The notes below the pieces were generated by a model. It was not told the origin of the DNA. It was given only the letters and a program-made list of their open reading frames with translations, and did no database searches. Below, in pieces: positions 18,208 to 21,263 of a DNA stretch of 21,263 bases. The position numbers and the translations under genes are program-made. The DNA is taken from assembly GCF_000485595.1 (NCBI RefSeq), contig NW_014577090.1, forward strand, positions 678,432-699,694. Reading direction: 5' to 3'. Position 1 is the first letter of the stretch, and each line of letters begins with the position of its first letter. This DNA is from Priapulus caudatus (Eukaryota).

Positions 18208-19303
18208 AGTGCTACGCCCACTGCATATTGTAATTTGTAGTACAGTAAAGTTTACACAGTTGCAGTCGTCATTCGATTCGGCACAGCGTGCTATCGCCCC
18301 CTCCCCCAAAGCGCTGCCAAAACTTAAATTGTGAGTGTTTATCTTCGCGTAAGATACAGAAATGCACATGTATATCACTGTACATCAATTTCTGATACAC
18401 AGGCGTCAATGGGGAGATGGATAAGAAACGGAAGAGCATGTATATTTCACTGTATGTCATATGCTGATGCACAGGCATCAATGCACAAGGGGGGGGGGAG
18501 TAAGGAAAAAAAGCACACCCGTACATTAAGTTATGATGAAATTGTTTGGACTGTTCAATAAATATTTGACATCCCTTATCCTCTAAAAACCGTATCTATG
18601 TTTAGGAGTGTCACTCACACTGCTCACCTCATCCAGGAACAGTGTTTTTCCTGGATAAAATCGTGAACGAGCTGACTGGGTAAAGTAAGTGAATGCCGAA
18701 GGCACTAACATGAACACTTTCATATTAAACGTGCCCAGCACATGCCTAACTAGTGCATTCCTGGCAAGTGGCAAGTGCGGTCGTGCCCACGGTGTTTGCC
18801 TTTATGTGTAGCAGCACTGATCAATGCGTAGGGGTGCCGTGTAGGTAACGTTGGAGAAGAAACCAGGACTGGGCAGTGCCTGCCGGATAACGATTTAGGG
18901 GACCGGAGAATTCGCAGCAACACGGCAACTTTATGAAATATTGAGTAAGGCAGATAAAAAATCAGTAAGCTGACCAATGTCGCTTATCATATACGAGGGA
19001 GAACAGTGCAGGATGATTGTTTACGAGGTAGAACAGTGCAGTGATGATTGTTTACCACATGCTGTTTTTCAGATGGCAAAGCATGTCACTAGTAATGATT
19101 GTAGGACTGACCATTTCTGTTCTGTTTCCATTTCTTTTTTTCTCAAGAAAAAATGCATCTTAAGAACTATTTTTATGTTATGCAGCATTTATGTATTTGT
19201 TTTATTATAAATAAATTTAATTACAATGTTAACAAAACAGTAATGTAAATTTATTTTCCCTTGGATTTGCTTTGCAGGGTAGCGTGTACTGCATACACAC
19301 AAG

Positions 19304-19386
19304 ATGGATGAGCCATTTTCCAACCCCCTCCCTCCGGAGCAACACCTCCTGCAGGAGAATGACTCCGACGAATACGAGGATGACCT
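19304..19386 (+). CDS. IK: IK coding exon 1 (MDEPFSNPLPPEQHLLQENDSDEYEDD)
   Basis: EPFSNPL motif, donor gtaagt; upstream acceptor at 19277. Confidence 0.9.
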
Positions 19387-20960
19387 GTAAGTCTGTCAGA
19401 GAATCCAGCAAGACATCCACCGAACTATGAGTGAAAAACGTGTCAGCTTTTTACAGCAGCTGTTCTTCGTCGTGGTATTCATGCGCATTCACACTGTGAA
19501 AGCACATCGGTGACACCATACCCCATCAAGAAATTATCGTTTGAATAATCATTTCATCCGAACCAATTCCCTTTTCTGTTCGTGAGTCGTATGGCATATG
19601 GCGTATGTCGTTGGCGGAGGTGTTCACTCTCCGTGAGTGCACTCTGTCTAGTTATTAATGTTGTGCGTTTGTTACGTCGTTGTCACAACAACGTTGTACA
19701 GGCATTCGATGACAAACGAAGACTTCCGGAAGCTGATGATGACACCCAGAGCGCCGATGCCATCGCAGACGCAGAGTGCGAGACTGCACACCAACAGTGA
19801 CATGCCGGAACACACCGAAAAGAGAGAGGCTGCAGAGGCCAGGAGGAAGAAGAAGAGGTCTGTGCAGCATATGAAGTGAAAAAACTGACAATGTTCCATA
19901 CAGGGTGTTTTTAGGGATTCACAAATTAGTTCAGAAACACAAATAGCAATTTATACTAATAACTAATAAGTACAGATGTGGTTAGCATTATTGCTGCTGT
20001 AATATTATTGACCATAGGTTTTTAGTGTTTCATTCAGCAAAATGTCCATGTTTGTGCGTTTTTTCAGGTGAGGGTATGATTATGTTAGGTAGGTTGATCG
20101 TGATGGTATTATCTATTTTAGTTATTATGCAAAGCTGAAGAAGTTGGAGGAAGAGAAGAATGCAGAGCTTGCGCGAAAGTACCGTGATCGTGTGAGTACA
20201 ATACTTAACACATACATTACATGAATGCCTGAACAAATGTTCATCTTCGTGTTCATGAATTATTGAACGAACAGTCCGCCTAAATATTTATTTGCACGTC
20301 AGGTTACAATTTTATGAATTCTCAGACATTATTTTATTATGTTTGGAGGTGAGCTCATCTTGACTTTAACGCTTTCTCTTTTAGGCTAAGGAGAGGCGAG
20401 AGGGGGATAACAAGGACTACGCAGATGTTGAACAGATTAGCACGACGGCTAACTATAGAGCTGTAGCACCAGACATCAAATCGTAAGTATTACCATACCA
20501 CTGCTACATTGCTCCTAGTCTATTACAAAGACAAACACAGTGACAGAGATTGTAATTAGTGTGTTTCAGAAAATAATTGTTAATTTAACCAGAACATTCA
20601 GAATACATTCGGTCAAGCATGTGCTAGCAGTCTCCTCTATAGAATTAACATCTGCCTATAAAGGAGACTTTTGGTATTTCATTTGAATCTACAGTGATAC
20701 CGCCGCTATAGAATGGACACCTGTCTAGTATATAGGCCACTGCATAGGTATATCTCTCGAGTGACCATCATATCGAGGTTTGACTGTACTTGACTATGAG
20801 ATGGAGTGATTTGCTTATAAACACTCTCTCACACCACATTGGCAGGACATCTGATGCAGCGGAGCGGCGCAGACAAACGATCCAGGAGTCCAAGTTCTTG
20901 GGAGGTGACATGGAGCATACTCACTTGGTGAAAGGACTGGATTACGCCCTGCTGCAGAAG
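19304..20960 (+). CDS. IK: Protein Red (IK), spliceosomal B-complex factor and SMU1 partner; first five coding exons, 3' part beyond the window
   Basis: Exons 19304-19386, 19702-19857, 20122-20191, 20385-20482 and 20846-20960 splice in frame to MDEPFSNPLPP...MTNEDFRKLMMTPR...RRKKKSYYAKL...KYRDRAKERR...STTANYRAV...IQESKFLGGDMEHTHLVKGLDYALLQK (RED_N domain). An in-frame TAG upstream of the ATG supports the start. Confidence 0.96.
19702..19857 (+). CDS. IK: IK coding exon 2 (HSMTNEDFRKLMMTPR...ARRKKK)
   Basis: TNEDFRKL motif, GT-AG in phase. Confidence 0.92.
20122..20191 (+). CDS. IK: IK coding exon 3 (YYAKLKKLEEEKNAELARKYRDR)
   Basis: YYAKL and KYRDR motifs, donor gtgagt. Confidence 0.93.
20385..20482 (+). 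CDS. IK: IK coding exon 4 (AKERREGDNKDY...STTANYRAVAPDIK)
   Basis: AKERR and STTANYRAV motifs, donor gtaagt. Confidence 0.94.
20692..20786. mobile_element. Short degenerate Tc1/mariner-type MITE remnant in an IK intron
   Basis: ta|cagtgatacc...atggacacct versus aggtgaccat...gaggtttgactg|ta: TA-flanked CAGT termini with imperfect arms. Confidence 0.45.
20846..20960 (+). CDS. IK: IK coding exon 5 (TSDAAERRRQTIQESKFLGGDMEHTHLVKGLDYALLQK)
   Basis: RED_N signature SKFLGGD.EHTHLVKGLD. Confidence 0.96.
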
Positions 20961-21023
20961 GTATGAATCCTGCTCCTAGGCAATCCTGCTTTAGCATGAT
21001 GTTTTGTCATCTGTGTTGAACTG

Positions 21024-21263
21024 TTTTGAGCTCATCTGACATAGTCAGATGCAGCTTGTAGAATCGCATGATCGTCCGTCCGTCCGTCCTGCAGCTTGTA
21101 GAATCGCATGATCGTCCGTCCGTCCGTCCGTCCGTCAACAGTTGGGCACAAATCTTAACCGCTCGACGTACGGTCACGATATTCGGGATGTGGGGGGGTA
21201 ATCCGAAAACGAGTTGGGATGTCGAAGCTGGGGATCAAAGGTCAAAGGTCAAGAGGTGTAAAA
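21024..21263 (+). mobile_element. Left end of a Helentron-associated non-autonomous element (HINE/DINE-1-like) in an IK intron, running off the window
   Basis: T-run, then hairpin agctcatctgac-ata-gtcagatg(c)agct (21029-21056), (GTCC)n microsatellite and ggtcaaaggtca motifs. This order is typical of HINE-type elements; the right end is not visible. Confidence 0.65.

Noticed and set aside
18353..18484. Two diverged copies of a roughly 70-bp sequence (catgtata...cactgta...ctgat.cacaggc.tcaatg)
   Set aside because: Ordinary local duplication with no further structure.

Overview
Animal (invertebrate-like) nuclear DNA with GT-AG introns. Three conserved housekeeping genes are present. These are the last exon of the V-ATPase 16 kDa proteolipid subunit c (+, 202-406), a complete 16-exon TRAP1/mitochondrial Hsp90 gene (-, 3962-11713, 707 aa by manual splicing), and the first five coding exons of IK/protein Red (+, 19304-20960, running off the window). 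The 7.6 kb between the divergent TRAP1 and IK start codons is a nest of DNA-transposon-derived sequence. It contains nested inverted repeats with TTAGGG-like and (GA)n tracts, and an internally deleted hAT element with an 8-bp TSD inserted into the terminal inverted repeat of a second element. It also contains a long foldback element and about 17 copies of an 83-bp hairpin-rich tandem repeat. Several MITEs and a Helentron/HINE-like end lie in introns. I see no well-supported new biological system. The most interesting items are the nested transposons, the structured satellite unit and a possible TRAP1/IK bidirectional promoter. Parts of the repeat nest look like unpolished, indel-rich sequence. 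All alignments were done by eye.
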